Origin: Massalongia carnosa
Lineage: Eukaryota
Length of the DNA: 64,000 bases
Assembly: GCA_965645245.1 (NCBI GenBank)
Contig: OZ287072.1
Location: 1,488,001-1,552,000, forward strand
Reading direction: 5' to 3'
How positions within the stretch are numbered: position 1 is the stretch's first letter; each line of letters opens with the position of its first letter. Shown piece after piece: positions 25,320 to 37,815 of the stretch. A program made the translations under genes and the position numbers. A model generated the notes under the pieces. It was not told where the DNA came from. It worked only from the letters and a program-made list of their open reading frames with translations, and ran no database searches.

Positions 25320-26644
25320 CAGTCGGGTCTAGGAAGTGACCGAACAGCGCACGTTCCACCCCCATTTTACCCCTCACCCCTAATGATCAAAATCACCCCA
25401 ATCAATCAATTTCCAACTTGATGCTTTGAAACCTTCATATTTCGTCAAATACTGTATGCTGAAGAATATTAAGTCATCAGTATTTAATAGAACCCCCTTT
25501 AGCCTTAATAAGAAAGCGAATACGCTCAGGCATGCTCTCAATGCACCGTCTGAAGTCCTCCTCAGTCAACAGCTCGCATTCCTCCCGAATAGCCTGCTCC
25601 ATGGCCTCAATTGTATGGATTTGGTGATGACGGGCACTGACCCGTATTTTGATAATACGCCAGAGATTCTCAATGGGATTCAAATCGGGTGACTGAGGTG
25701 GCCAATCCATGCGTAAAAGCCCGTTTCGTCTCCCCCAATCAATCACCTTTTTCGAAGTATGATAGCTGGCTCCGTCATCCATCCAGATCGTCAAACCTCG
25801 CCTAGTCAAGCATGCTTCATAAAACGAGAGCCCTAAAGGCCGTAGCACCTCGTCAATGTAGATATCTGAATTCATTCGTCTCCCCTTATTCAAAACGAGC
25901 ATAGGGCCTTTTTCACCCAATCGTATGCTAGCCCAGATGCCCACAGTGCTTCGTCCGCTTTTGAATGTAGGCTTCAGATATCTAGACTCCATGGCCGTGC
26001 CTTTTCGTCTCGTGACGTAGCACGAGCGAGTGTCTAAACCAGTTTCAAACGTAGCTTCATCTGTCCATATAACTCGGCCCCAATCTCCTACCATCCAATG
26101 CTTATGCTCCTTGCCCCATTTTAGCCTGATTGCTTTGTGACGTGCTGATAGAAACGGCTTTTTTCTAGCCCTGAAACGGAAATAGCCACCGAGCTTCAGA
26201 TATTTTCGTACGGTGACGCGAGAGAGCTTTTGACCCGATTTGGAAGGGGTAGTCAGGGCCAGCAAATTATCGTGTGGATTTTTCTCAACATGGCGAATCA
26301 ATGCCCGTCTGGCACGGACATTTAGCTTGGTTGGCCGACCAGTACGTTTTTTGGGAACGGAAGAGGCGTCGGCTTGTCTCTTAGCTCTATGAACTATGGT
26401 GACCACGGTGGAACAGGCCAGCCGAACTTGACGGGCTATTTCAGCATAGGAATAGTGGACTTCATGAAGGGCTACAACGATAGCAATGGTTTCAGACGAA
26501 TGTTCACGTCTGGCCGTCTTGGGTTTGGAAGGCATTTCGTTGATCAGATGAAAATTGATGGAGAAAGGGGAGGGTGAAGTAAGGGGGGAATTTAGATGAG
26601 GGGAAATTAAGCGAAGTGTTTGCTGACTTCCTAGACCCGATTTG
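25320..26644 (-). mobile_element. Nested Tc1-like transposon, 1325 bp
   Basis: Flanked by TA (25318-19, 26645-46). Imperfect TIRs with exact 15-bp core TCGGGTCTAGGAAGT (left CAG-TCGGG..., right reverse complement CAAA-TCGGG...). Confidence 0.93.
25477..26535 (-). CDS. Intact Tc1-like transposase (DD34E)
   Basis: 352-aa uninterrupted ORF with paired-like HTH, GRP linker, IWTDEATF, WMDDGASYH, WPPQSPDLNPIENLW and C-terminal AKGGSIKY. Confidence 0.95.
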   Translation of the reverse strand: MPSKPKTARREHSSETIAIVVALHEVHYSYAEIARQVRLACSTVVTIVHRAKRQADASSVPKKRTGRPTKLNVRARRALIRHVEKNPHDNLLALTTPSKSGQKLSRVTVRKYLKLGGYFRFRARKKPFLSARHKAIRLKWGKEHKHWMVGDWGRVIWTDEATFETGLDTRSCYVTRRKGTAMESRYLKPTFKSGRSTVGIWASIRLGEKGPMLVLNKGRRMNSDIYIDEVLRPLGLSFYEACLTRRGLTIWMDDGASYHTSKKVIDWGRRNGLLRMDWPPQSPDLNPIENLWRIIKIRVSARHHQIHTIEAMEQAIREECELLTEEDFRRCIESMPERIRFLIKAKGGSIKY

Positions 26645-28380
26645 TACGCAAAGATCGAAACGGAAGGGAGAAGTCTTTAGCTATGCTGGCTTTTGATCAT
26701 GAGCTGAGTTCTTCCACTATTTTGAAGGTTCTTAAAAAGAATGGATTTCGAGCCTGTAAATCAACGAAAAAGCCTGGCCTTACTTCGATCATGAAGGAAG
26801 CACGTCTGAAATTTTGCATTGATCATCAGCATTGGACTCTTAAAGACTGGAAGAACGTCATCTGGAGTGACGAGACGAGCGTGATGCTGAATGCAGTAAG
26901 AGGAAGAAGACTGCAATGGAGAACCTCGAAAGAAATGAATGATAAAACATGCATTCGTCGTCGATGGAAAGGACACTCAGAGTTCATGTTTTAGGGGTGT
27001 TTCTCGTACGATAAAAAAGGTCCTTTTCATATCTGGAAGACTGAGTCTGCAAAAGAAAAGAAGACAGCTGAGGAAGAGCTGAAGCTTCTCAATAAGAGGT
27101 TGGAATCAGAGGCGAAGCTCAATTGGGAGTTAGAAAATGGAATGAGACGAATGAGACTAAGAAATTCAGGAGGACGACAGCCTCGATGGATATGAGATCA
27201 AAAACATGGAAAGATCGTGCGAGATAATAAAAAGGGAGGGATTGACTGGTATCGCTATCAAAAGAATATTTTGATAGACAAACTTCTTCTATTCGCTACC
27301 GAATGCATGAAAGATCGTCCAAACACGGTGGTTCAAGAAGATAAGGCCCCCTGTCATACCTCCAAACATCAGGATGTGGTGTTTATGGACTTTCGAGTGC
27401 TTCGCTTTTTGTGGCCTGGCAACTCACCTGATCTCAACATGATTGAACCATGCTGGCCTTGGATGAAAAGACGTACGACCCTCCTCGGAGCTCCACGAAG
27501 CAGACGGGAGGCCGAAGTAGCATGGACTGAATGTTGGGACGAGCTATCGCAGGAGCAAATAAAAAGCTGGATAGAGAGAATGCCTCGTCACATACAGACT
27601 GTCATTGAGTTAGAAGGAGGAAACGAGTACAGAGAAGGAAGAACAGGAGGAATGGTACAACCTTACGATGCTGAGGAGCGGCGCAGTCGATATCTGCGTT
27701 CAAAGAGAGGTCCTACTGAAGATGAGGAGGAGTGGGCCAATGTAGACTGATGAGGAGGTGGATAAGAAGGTAAAAAAGGAGTAAATAAAGGAGTAAATAA
27801 AGGAGTTGATCTTCGTAGGGCTGAGCCCCTTGTAGGTGGCTTATTTAGCGTGCATATTAGCGTCGGCCAGAACTTCCTATGTCATCCTCCGTACTGAGGC
27901 AATTATATTCTGTTATGGAGTTTACTCGGTACTCCGGCAAGCCGCCCCGGCAAACCTTGCTTCCGGCGGTTGAGCCGCAGGGACGCTATTTTACTCTAGT
28001 TTTTTCCTGCATAATGTCATGTGCTTTAACTAGCATGAATCGGGATAAATTTACCCGAGTCCCGAGGAACCAGAAAGACCAGCCCAAGCAAGCTGAACTT
28101 AACGCGCTGGACTAAACGGGGAGCATGCCATCCCCAATAGGGTGGTAGGCTAACCAGTCCCTTTTGTGGCCCCACGACGAGGAGTCGATGGCGCGATAGT
28201 ATGACACTTTCTATGGCTGCTTAACACACAGCCTGCTCGCCCTGCCACCCAAAGCCCACCCTAACCTTCTTATGGAGGAAGCCTAGGTCCAGATGATTAT
28301 CTCTTTTTCTTTTCCTTCTTTTTTTCATTCTTTGGGAATGTTCATGCTGTTAGGCCTACTTAATTGCGGTCTCTGCAACC

Positions 28381-29700
28381 ATGTCTTTTGGCTTTTCGGC
28401 CTTGGAGTTCATGAAAATCATTGATAAAACGTGGGAGGTCTACAAAGCATGTAAAAATGCATCAAAACACCATCAGGAAATCCTTACTGAAGTCTTAGCT
28501 TTACACACAATCTTACAAGAGCTACGAGATGCATTTGGGGATCCCAAATCATTGATTAATCGAGCCGACGATTCAAAAAAACGGGAAATTTCCAAGATCA
28601 TCTCAGGTTGCGACAGAGCAGTACAGAAGATCAATGATCTTGCTGTTCGGTATAGCAGTTTGGGTACAGATAAGGAGCGGATATGGGAAATTTTAGGTTT
28701 CGGGACTGTGAAATTGCCGCCCCTACGGTCGCAGCTTCTCTTGGCTGTCGCAAATCTGAACCTTGCCCTGACGTCGCTGGGAACGAGCTCGCTAGCTAGA
28801 ATTGAGACCTTGTTGGAACGGTTGATTAAAGAAGTTCGGCAAGGCCGCAAAGCCCCTACGGTGCTGTCTTCTGCAATCGATGATGTGAGCATTGGTTGGC
28901 CGCAACTGAAGGCGGAGCTGATCGAGGACGGCATTCCAAGCGAAGCCATCGAGGTGTACAAAAGGCCAATCCAAGAGTGGATCACCAAGGCAACCGACGA
29001 TGGACTTTTTGATGACCCTGATCAGGAAAGATCGGATTCCTCTACCCAAGTACATTTACGTGCGTTATCTATCCGCGCACCTTCAATATCGTCGACTTCC
29101 TCTGAACGGCGATCACTAACACCAGAACCGCTAATGGAGACGGATATGCCCACGCCAATGGCTGAAGAGACAGATGGAGATGGTGTTTTCAACTTCTCAA
29201 ACCCAAGATTGCCGCGTCCGTTGTCGATCAGGGTACTTGCCACATCTTCGACGGCGTCAAGAGAAGAATCAACAAGCGAACGAGGGCATATTGAAAATCC
29301 TCCGGACGCTGAAATGGCTCAACCGGGAATTAATATATTGTTTCCAGCGGATCAAGTAGTGTCAAGCGTAAGAAGGCCAGATCCATCACCATCGAAAATT
29401 CGACCTGACCACATGACTATACTCGCTTTGGAGAATGGTGAACAGATTCTGAAAACTAATGCTATAAAACATCATAATGTACCGGCCGCGAGCTCTGTCA
29501 GCTCTGTCAAAGAACGTCCACGTGACAGTTTAGTTACAGCCAACTCTTCCGAGCAGACTTGGAAGCCGAACACTGAAGGGCACACAAGCACTCGAGCAAT
29601 ATCAATGACCCCAATCAACTCCGTTGTGGAGGTCTCAGAAATCCTCCGGTCCAGGCGTCTTCGGCACCAGCGAACCACGCAGGATACAATAACATCCTAG
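28381..29700 (+). CDS. Protein with fungal HeLo-like/SesA-type N-terminal helical domain and long disordered tail
   Basis: MSFGFSALEF...WEVYKACKNASKHHQEILTEVLALHTILQEL matches the typical start of fungal STAND-associated N-terminal domains, followed by a WPQLKAELIEDGI helical motif. A Cys-rich segment follows in another frame (29577-29918). Confidence 0.75.
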   Translation: MSFGFSALEFMKIIDKTWEVYKACKNASKHHQEILTEVLALHTILQELRDAFGDPKSLINRADDSKKREISKIISGCDRAVQKINDLAVRYSSLGTDKERIWEILGFGTVKLPPLRSQLLLAVANLNLALTSLGTSSLARIETLLERLIKEVRQGRKAPTVLSSAIDDVSIGWPQLKAELIEDGIPSEAIEVYKRPIQEWITKATDDGLFDDPDQERSDSSTQVHLRALSIRAPSISSTSSERRSLTPEPLMETDMPTPMAEETDGDGVFNFSNPRLPRPLSIRVLATSSTASREESTSERGHIENPPDAEMAQPGINILFPADQVVSSVRRPDPSPSKIRPDHMTILALENGEQILKTNAIKHHNVPAASSVSSVKERPRDSLVTANSSEQTWKPNTEGHTSTRAISMTPINSVVEVSEILRSRRLRHQRTTQDTITS

Positions 29701-32700
29701 CAATGGTGGCCAATCCAGACAACAAGGAAGCTATGCAAAGCACTTCCGTTAAAACAGAATCGACTTTTGGCACTATCCCCATAGCAAGAGGACACAACCC
29801 GCCCTACAGTCCTGCACTGAGATGGATGGGTTGCTTTTGGACCTGTTGCGATGACTTTCAATGTTGTAAGGATGATACACTTGAGCAGGCCGTTCCTTCG
29901 AGGCCTGGCATAATATGAAGCTTCATATATCACCTGAGATTTCTAGCGTTAGGCTAGAGTTAACTATCGTAATTATGAACACCTCAACCCATGGCATGGA
30001 TGCATGTCTTTAGGATAATCTTTACAATGCCACACCCGAGCAAACAGCGATGATATCGCTGCCAAGCTTGCTGCAGCGCTGAACGCTGCAAACCTGGAAT
30101 AGACAACAAGCAGCCGATACAGGATTTTCTGATACAGGATGGTTTTAACTACCACCAGATTGGTCGTTGAGATTTAGTTGAATAATCTACGGGCCAATGA
30201 CCACAATAAACAAGACTCAAAATCTGCCAGCGCTTTGGCATTTGGCTCTCCTCGCTATCTCTCCTTAGATCTTAACTCACTACCTCACCAAAAAAACCTA
30301 TGTTCTTATGCAGCGGTTTACCGCCTCAGAGGCCGTGCTTGCAGCTTTTGTTGACGCCATGTTAGCTTCCCAGCCTTGACTATCAAACGCCTCCACGAGA
30401 ACGGATCATTCGTTGTGAAAGATAGTGATCATTATAGTCTGGTTCACCCCCACTATAGCATGCAATGGTGTAGTAATCTATGTATGTCATCTTCATCCTG
30501 TAGGGTTTCTTTTTGTGGTAGATGGGGATCTTTCCTAAATCCCCTCCGTGGTCATTAGCGCCTCGCACTCGATTTTCTGAGCCATGGGTGTATATGCATT
30601 ATATGAATGGAGGACGAGGATCGGGTGTAGAACCGGATTAATATAAACCTCCAGTGCAGGCGCCTTAGGCTGCTGGTAGCTGCCAAAGAGCAACGAGGCA
30701 GTAACTAGGAGAGACTTTATGGTCGTTGTTGGGATTTGGCTCAAGACAGATTTGAGACTTGGAGTATAGGTTGGGAGGTCTGACGAGGGCCAGACTGATA
30801 TATATTCGAACTACAATCATCCATTTTTAGCACCACGCAAAGCCAAATCTCGATTGATAGACGATTCCCCCTTGGCGGCAATGGAGCAGATCTGGAGGCG
30901 TCCATAGTCTCACAGGCCGCATTACAGGCTGCATTCATCACGGACAAAATACATAGACAACTCAATACCTATGCACATAATGTCTTCGCTAGATACCTTG
31001 ATTTCACCGGGACCGTATTCAGTGCGCATCAGTTCATAACTCACGTTTTCATCCAGTAATCTGCAAGATGGCGCTGCAGATGGACGAACCTGAGAACTCA
31101 ATGCCTGCCGCATGATCCTTTTCTGTAGCAGGAACTTGAGCTTGGGACTTCGTGATGCATGTCTCTGCTCCCCGTTACGGATAGCGACTCCCCCGTTTTC
31201 TCTCGTTTCTCTGCGCATGGTCATCTCGGATCGATGCCTGTTTCACGCCTCCCATTCCCTTTTGCACAAAGCATCAGGTGTATGACGTCATCAAACCTTG
31301 GATGCTAGGCTTGTGGGGGGGAAAGGAGTTCCACCACCCGGTTGCAAACATTGCTTCCATCCGGGGACGCAAAATTATTCACAGTTGAGGAGGCTAGCTG
31401 TGTCTTGGGGTCTGTGCCTACAGCTATTGGAAATGAGGAGGTCCAGCAGAGGTCGCTGCTGAAGCATGGCGCAAGGATCCAACCTTTCAACCCGTCCTAT
31501 TGTTCATTTAGCTGATAGATCCGGTAATATCTCTTTTGGCTCTCTGAAGTTGCTACACCTCTTTGTGGCGAGGTTAAGGTTAATATACTCCGTTTCACTC
31601 CTAGAAAGAATCGGGGACTAGATGTTTCTGATCAAAATCCACGAGGCCGTCCATGAATCATTTTTGCCAGGTATCATGAGTCCCTATACTATATCAATCT
31701 CAATCAGCCAAATTTATGATATATCCTTCCTAGAATCTCATCCTCGCCAAAAACTGGAAATGGCAAGCCGGAATCAGCTAAAAAAAAAACGACCAGTACA
31801 AGCTCGGTCTGTTCCTTGGACTCTGGAGCCATTTTGGCTAGGACCTTCTTACATCCTCGGCAAAGAATCACCATGTATCATAAGTGGCTTCTTGCTCATG
31901 TAAGTATGAAAATTAACAATAAAACTGACGCTCTTTGCGCTCGTGTTTCACCGTCTCGCTGGTCCTGAGGGAAGAGGGTTATCCACGAGCCTTCCGAGGC
32001 GTAGACCGAAAAAGAGGGGAAGAAGGATAGAACTAAGGCGGGAAGGGGGCGCGAGTAGAAACTCGTCTGGATTTCCTGTCGTTCCATGGTAGCCTTTATC
32101 AGACCTTTCAAGATCACCAACATACCGCAACAACCATGAATTGCAGGGGAAGGAGAGAACGAGAAGAAGCTTTCTTCTGCGTCTGAAACTCGGTCACTTC
32201 TTCTATCTATGGCAGAAAACAGAACACCTTCAGGGAACGACGAGGAGGGCGGAGATGATAGATGGAGACAGTTAAAAGAAAGAAAAAGAAGAAAATTCAC
32301 AATCTCGATAAAAGAGAATGCTAAACACTCAAACTAAGCAACAATCTTTCCCCCGTTCAAGAGCCATGCGATATCTCCAAAAACTGTCGCCCTCCTACTT
32401 CTTCCCTTTATCACACAATGAATGGTCTTTAAAAATGGTCACGGGATCGCCTCAACTCACTCCTCATACACTAGGTCCCACAGAACATCTACCACATTGA
32501 TTCTCTTATAGATCATAGACTTCATAGCATGTTGTTCGTCACATTATAAGATAATACTTTACTAGTACCTTTGAAATTAGGTGATAGGATCCATCATATC
32601 CGTGAGATAAACGAGTTCTTATTCCATGTATATATTCGAGGGAGCAAGGCTCGGGGAGAGAAGACTGCAAGCCATGCTCAATGCTTGAGGTCTTCTCGAT

Positions 32701-33083
32701 CGATACGTACTGAACGCTATTAAGGAAATATGAAGAGGTAGCCACGGAGCCGATGGAGTACGCTTTGAGGGCGGAGATGGAGATTGACATTGATGAAAAC
32801 GAGCGAAAATTTAGGAGTGGATTGGAGGATGCATTGCTGGAGGAGTTTATAGAGTAGTTAGATTCTTACGTTTCAGGTTACATCAAATGTAAAAATACTC
32901 CTAATCGGATAGTAATTATTCGGAAAATGGAGTATTTTTGCCATGACCTGGTTGAATAGATGGACTCCACCCCAAGTAGGAGAAAGGCTGTTTAGGACTG
33001 GATTTCATAGCAAGGCCAAGCGCAATAACGTAATATGGTTGTTTTGTATACCATTTTATACAGTATTACCTCTGCATCGTGTA

Positions 33084-36000
33084 TCAAGAAACGGATCTCC
33101 GTTGAAGAACTAGCAACACATCCTCACGCCCAAACTTCTTAGCAACATCTAAAGGTGTCTGGCCAGAATTATCTTTAGCATGTTCGTCAATGGCAGGATT
33201 TAGTAGTAGCATGCTTGCGACCTCAACACGACCCTCTCTAGCAGCCCATGACAACGGAGTACGGCCGTTGTTATCTCTTGAGTTGACGTCAACTACATTG
33301 GTATCGATTAAGAGGCGTACAATATCGATAGCCCCACTCGCTGCAGCTTCAGATAATGGAGTTCTCCCATCGATATCCCTGCAGTCTAACTCAATGCCAT
33401 TACTTCCTAACAGGTGACGGACAATTTGGGTATATCCATAGCTGGCGGCCCATATTAGGGTCGTGCGACCACGAACACCATCCTTGTGGTGTACATCCAC
33501 CGCACCGGAGTTCAAAAGGGCGAGAATGTTGTTAGGATATCCTGGAGGGTCCAAAGCCCACGCTAACGGAGTCCATCCGTCGTGATCTGCAATATCAGCA
33601 CCTTTACGGCATTTGTCAATAAGATAACGTAGGACGCTAGTTTTGGGCTGGGCAGCTGCCCATGAGTGCGCATTCCGACCATCAAAGTCTTCATCGAGCA
33701 GATTAACAAGTCCACTTCTAAGGATAATCTTAAGAACATCCAGGTGGCCATGTTCAGCAGCATATGACAAGGGGGTGCGACCTCGAACGTCCTTCTGATC
33801 AATTCCGAGCCGTTGATGTCGTACAAGCAGTTGAGCAACATCTGCCACTCCATATTCAGCAGCCCAAGACAATGCATTGCGACCTCGTTTGTCCAGGTGG
33901 TTTTTGTTGATGCGACTATCCAATAATAGCCGTTCAGCGATAGAACATGACCCGCCGGCGACAGCCCAATGCAGAGGAGAATTCAAGGAATGGTCTGTAA
34001 GCTCGACCAAGACTTTTTTGTGCTCTAAAAGTAATGCTACTACTTCTGTATGATTGTTGCTGACCGCCAAGGATAACGGGGTACAGCCACGGCCATCTTG
34101 TGCGTTAACATCTACGCGAAGATCCTCCGACAGAATAGAAATGCACTCGAAGTGTCCGAATTGGGCGGCTACGGACAGTGAAGTTTGACTGTTCACCAAC
34201 GGAGCTTGAACATCGATGTACGTCTGTTGTAGCAGAGTCTTCATACATACAGCTTGTCCCTCCCGAGCAGCCCAATAAAGAGCCCTTGTCAAGGCTAAAC
34301 TGTCCGAGGGTCCTGTACTGTGAAGCAGTTGGATAAGAGTCTTCGAGTGACCAAAAAATGAGACGATCATAAATTTATCAATTGCAGCCGGGAAAGGCTC
34401 TGGATGCATATTTCTGAACCAGAAGTAACGAAACCAGCTCGTACGTCGGGTTGTGCCGGCCTCGTACAGTGCGAGTACGGCCATGTGGTCCTCCTCAGAG
34501 GCGGTCATATTACAGTCTGAAAAGTATTTTGCCCAATGCACGGCAGCATAGTCAAATAACTTGTACTCGTTCGTCATTCTAGCCCATTCTTCTTCTTCAA
34601 GAACCAGGCCATCTTTAAACATAGGCTCATCGTACAGATCAAAACAATATGTTGGAGAACCGCTGGACGATATTTCTGCTTCGTCGGCAGGAGAGTTTTC
34701 GTGGCTAGAGGCTCTTGTCGCCAGAAACTCCTGACTAAACTCATCCAGCGCGAGATATAATGAGCAAGCAGAAAAGAGTGCCAATTTATCTCGAATTAAA
34801 TCGACCCCAAATGTAGTAGCAAACTTGTCCTGCGGGAGATTTGAGAGACTTATAAGATAATCTTTAAGAGAAAGATGAACCAACTCTATTGTTGATCCGT
34901 AAACACGCACAAGTGGACCAAGAGCCGCTCTCGCTGAGTCCTCATCGAATAACAACTGATGGGCTGCGAGTGCCGACACGGACATATGTTCTGGGCTTAT
35001 AGTCATTATAATGCCGAATTCATCACTAGTTAAAGGTCTATCACTGGCGACTAGCACGCGGAGCATTTTCGCCGCTATGGCTTGGTCGTCCTTAGGTATC
35101 GATGACAACAGGTGTCTATATAGAGATGCAAGATCTAGAGGAAGCTGCGATGCTATAGTCTCGACATCCGAAGGTAGAAGAACTCGACGCGCCTCGAACG
35201 AAGGTAATACAAGTTTAATCCAGAGAAACGTTCGATCCGCTTTAGCGATAAGTAGCTGCTCGAGAATATCACGTACAGCAGGCCTGCATGTTCCTCTTTT
35301 CACAATGTGCTCCAGCCGATGGTGATAACGAGCCTGATGTCTGCACTGATTTGATCTCCCATATTTTCTAGTGGCAACAGTATCAGTTGAGATGGACCAA
35401 CATGGATCGCATGAGTAGCTTCAGCGTTAGGCCGGCTGGTGATGAAGAATTTTACTGAGGTCAAGTTTTGAAAGTTGATGAATTCAGAAATGCGATTGAC
35501 GATAAGAGTTTGAGTTCTTGTATCACATTCTTCGATTGCATCGATGATAATGGTGATTGCCAGACCGTTTTCAGCATGTGTTATTTGCACGAACAAGTTC
35601 CACAACGTATCAAATTGGCGAAATGTATGGAGGCCACCAGCGTCTGATGCCTTCTTTACAAGACGCCACAATCGTCTACGTCGACCCACGATCTGAAATA
35701 TCAGGCTTCGAAGCAGAGCACTTGCGTCGCGAAGTTCCTCGACCTTATTGTCACAAAAAAACCTGCACACGAGAGCTCGTGGAGGTAAATGGCTTTTCAA
35801 GTACCCTATGATATAGGAAGCCAAAATAGTTTTGCCGCACCCCGCGTGGCCGGTCACCTAGAGAATCCTTGTATTTGGATTCGAAGCCCAGTCGATATAC
35901 CGACTGTTTTCCAACACCCAATTCAATGTTCCGTCAACTCTAACATCGAGCCTAGATTCATAGTTTGCGATGTCGGTAGTATTAAGTAAGGAAGCAAACA

Positions 36001-37177
36001 TCCTCTCGGTGTCATCATATGCTGCAATAATACTCAGCCAGGAAAAATATCCCGTAGACGCTCAATACGCACAGTGGTCGGTCTGGAGACTGGAGGCTAC
36101 CGTTTTATTTTCTTGCAAAACTTCCTTAGCCAAGGATCTGATCATCTGAGAAACTTGCTGATAATTCTTGTCTTGCAAGCCTGAAAATCGACAGATGTCC
36201 TAGTGATTGACATAAGAGAGGTCGAGGTCGCTCATTCGGCAGGCTAAGCACCGCTGAAGACTGATCGACTATCTAAGGTCTTGTAAGCTACGTAATGTCG
36301 AATCGAGTTCGACGGATAGCAGATAGGTGCCTATCTGGAGTTCAAACGAACTGAATTTCCACGACATACCACTTTGTTCGTCAAAGGATGCGTCTCAGTC
36401 TCGTAAAAGCTAATGATGTGCAGTGAAGAAGCACGAGGGACAAAATCTTCAGCAATACCAAGCAACTCCTTGGACCCGTAACGGAGCGGCTCAATAAGAG
36501 AGGTGTTTACTCGGCCAGTAACCCGGGAACCACCAGATACGTGCAGTGCAAGGTTTGCAATATTACCCAGGACCTTTCCGTAGCTTGCGTCGGCGCTTCC
36601 ACGGTGCGGTGTGCCCATGAATATAATAGCCTTGCTTGCTAGCCATACATCCTGGAACTCTTCAATCTGATGCGCGATGGCCATGGCCTAGTACACTTCA
36701 TTATCGTGGTCCCCACGGTCATCTGAAGCACGCGTACCTGCTTAAGAACGATTCCCCCCAGACTATGACATATGTATATAATTGGCCGAGGATACTCCTG
36801 TAAGAAGCCCGTTGAGTGAATGCCCGTGCCACACGACATCTTACATAACTTACATGTTCGAGTCGCTCAAGCTGTATGCAACTCAAAAGCTGTTTGGCAA
36901 AATCACGGATCCCGGCCATGGACCGAGTAGCAAATACTTGAGAAGGATACCCATAGGAGAAGATGCAGGCTCCTGGTAGGATTTTTGGCAGTAAATCTTG
37001 CGGCCAACAAGTCCCGTTCTGGTGGGTCCACGTTCGCTTGAAGTGCCCATTGAGCCCGTGAATAAGAACAATATCCACATTGTACTCGTCAACGTCTTTG
37101 CCAATGTCTTCTGTAAGTCCTTCATTGCTAAGCCGGAACAATCCCGCTTTTCCGTCATCTACTTGATTTGGGTTCAA
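33084..37177 (-). pseudogene. Fungal NLR: SesB-like alpha/beta-hydrolase + NACHT + ankyrin repeats, disrupted in the N-terminal half
   Basis: VLIHGLNGH, CHSLGG (nucleophile elbow), FMGTPHRGS; Walker A GHAGCGKT; Walker B IIIDAIEEC; FFITSRP; FLWIKLV; roughly ten or more ankyrin repeats (GxTPL). Lesions: +1 frameshift near 36214, TAG at 36200-02, TAG at 35858-60, -1 frameshift near 35323. Confidence 0.9.
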
Positions 37178-37815
37178 AGAAGGATGGTCTTTATTCTTCA
37201 GGTCCTAGAAATGGACGAAGAAGTTAACGCCAACTTCGCAGAACGTGGATTAGTTACCCAAACCATGGTAAATATATACGCTTGCTTAACTTACGTTCCG
37301 CCTAGGTGAAGAGCTTCTGCGCCCGAGTTTCTCCAAAAAACCTTTCAATTTCATGCTGACTAGGTAACTATGTTAGAGCTTAGTCCAGAGGCTTGTTCGA
37401 AGAATTGGGATCTCGTTGAGGATTGTCCTCGCGGAGCATGGCTCGGAGCTAGACCTCTGAGTAGAGCTCGTGGCAGATGTCAGGGAGTTTGGCATACACG
37501 CAACGAGGCCGGCCTAACAGAATATCGAACGACACATAAACAAAGCTTCAACTTGTGTAATTACAAACGTAAAATAAGTCTGGCTTTAAATTACAGCAGA
37601 TTTGTTTGCAATGTCTTGACAAGCTTAACATCTTTTGTAGAGATGTTGTAATACGCTGTCTTGTCAAGAGCTTTGATGGGAAAGGTTACTCGGTACATGT
37701 ACGAGAAATTATTTACGGTAAAGATGCAGTGCTAAATGAACCCTCGCTCCAGCCTGATTGATAGGCACGGGCAGCGCATGTTTGCGGTTGAGTAACGGAT
37801 TTCATTAACCATACT

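Larger units (their letters stand above)
25043..27750 (+). pseudogene. Tc1-like DD34E transposase pseudogene with a long insert between the first two catalytic Asp
   Basis: Removing 25313-26646 restores the frame (ILTDV|RKDRNGREKS). Motifs VIWSDETSV, QEDKAPCH, WPGNSPDLNMIE. In-frame stops TAG 26992-94 and TGA 27193-95 at probable Trp positions. Confidence 0.9.
24659..27891 (+). mobile_element. Inactivated Tc1-like (DD34E) transposon hosting a nested element; outer boundaries tentative
   Basis: Transposase 25043-27750 is interrupted. The right end reads ...CCTCCG|TA (27891-93). A degenerate inverted match (AAGTTCTGGC core) lies near 24863-24892. The left limit is set from the flanking inverted 12-mer TTGCCTCAGTAC/GTACTGAGGCAA. 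Confidence 0.6.
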
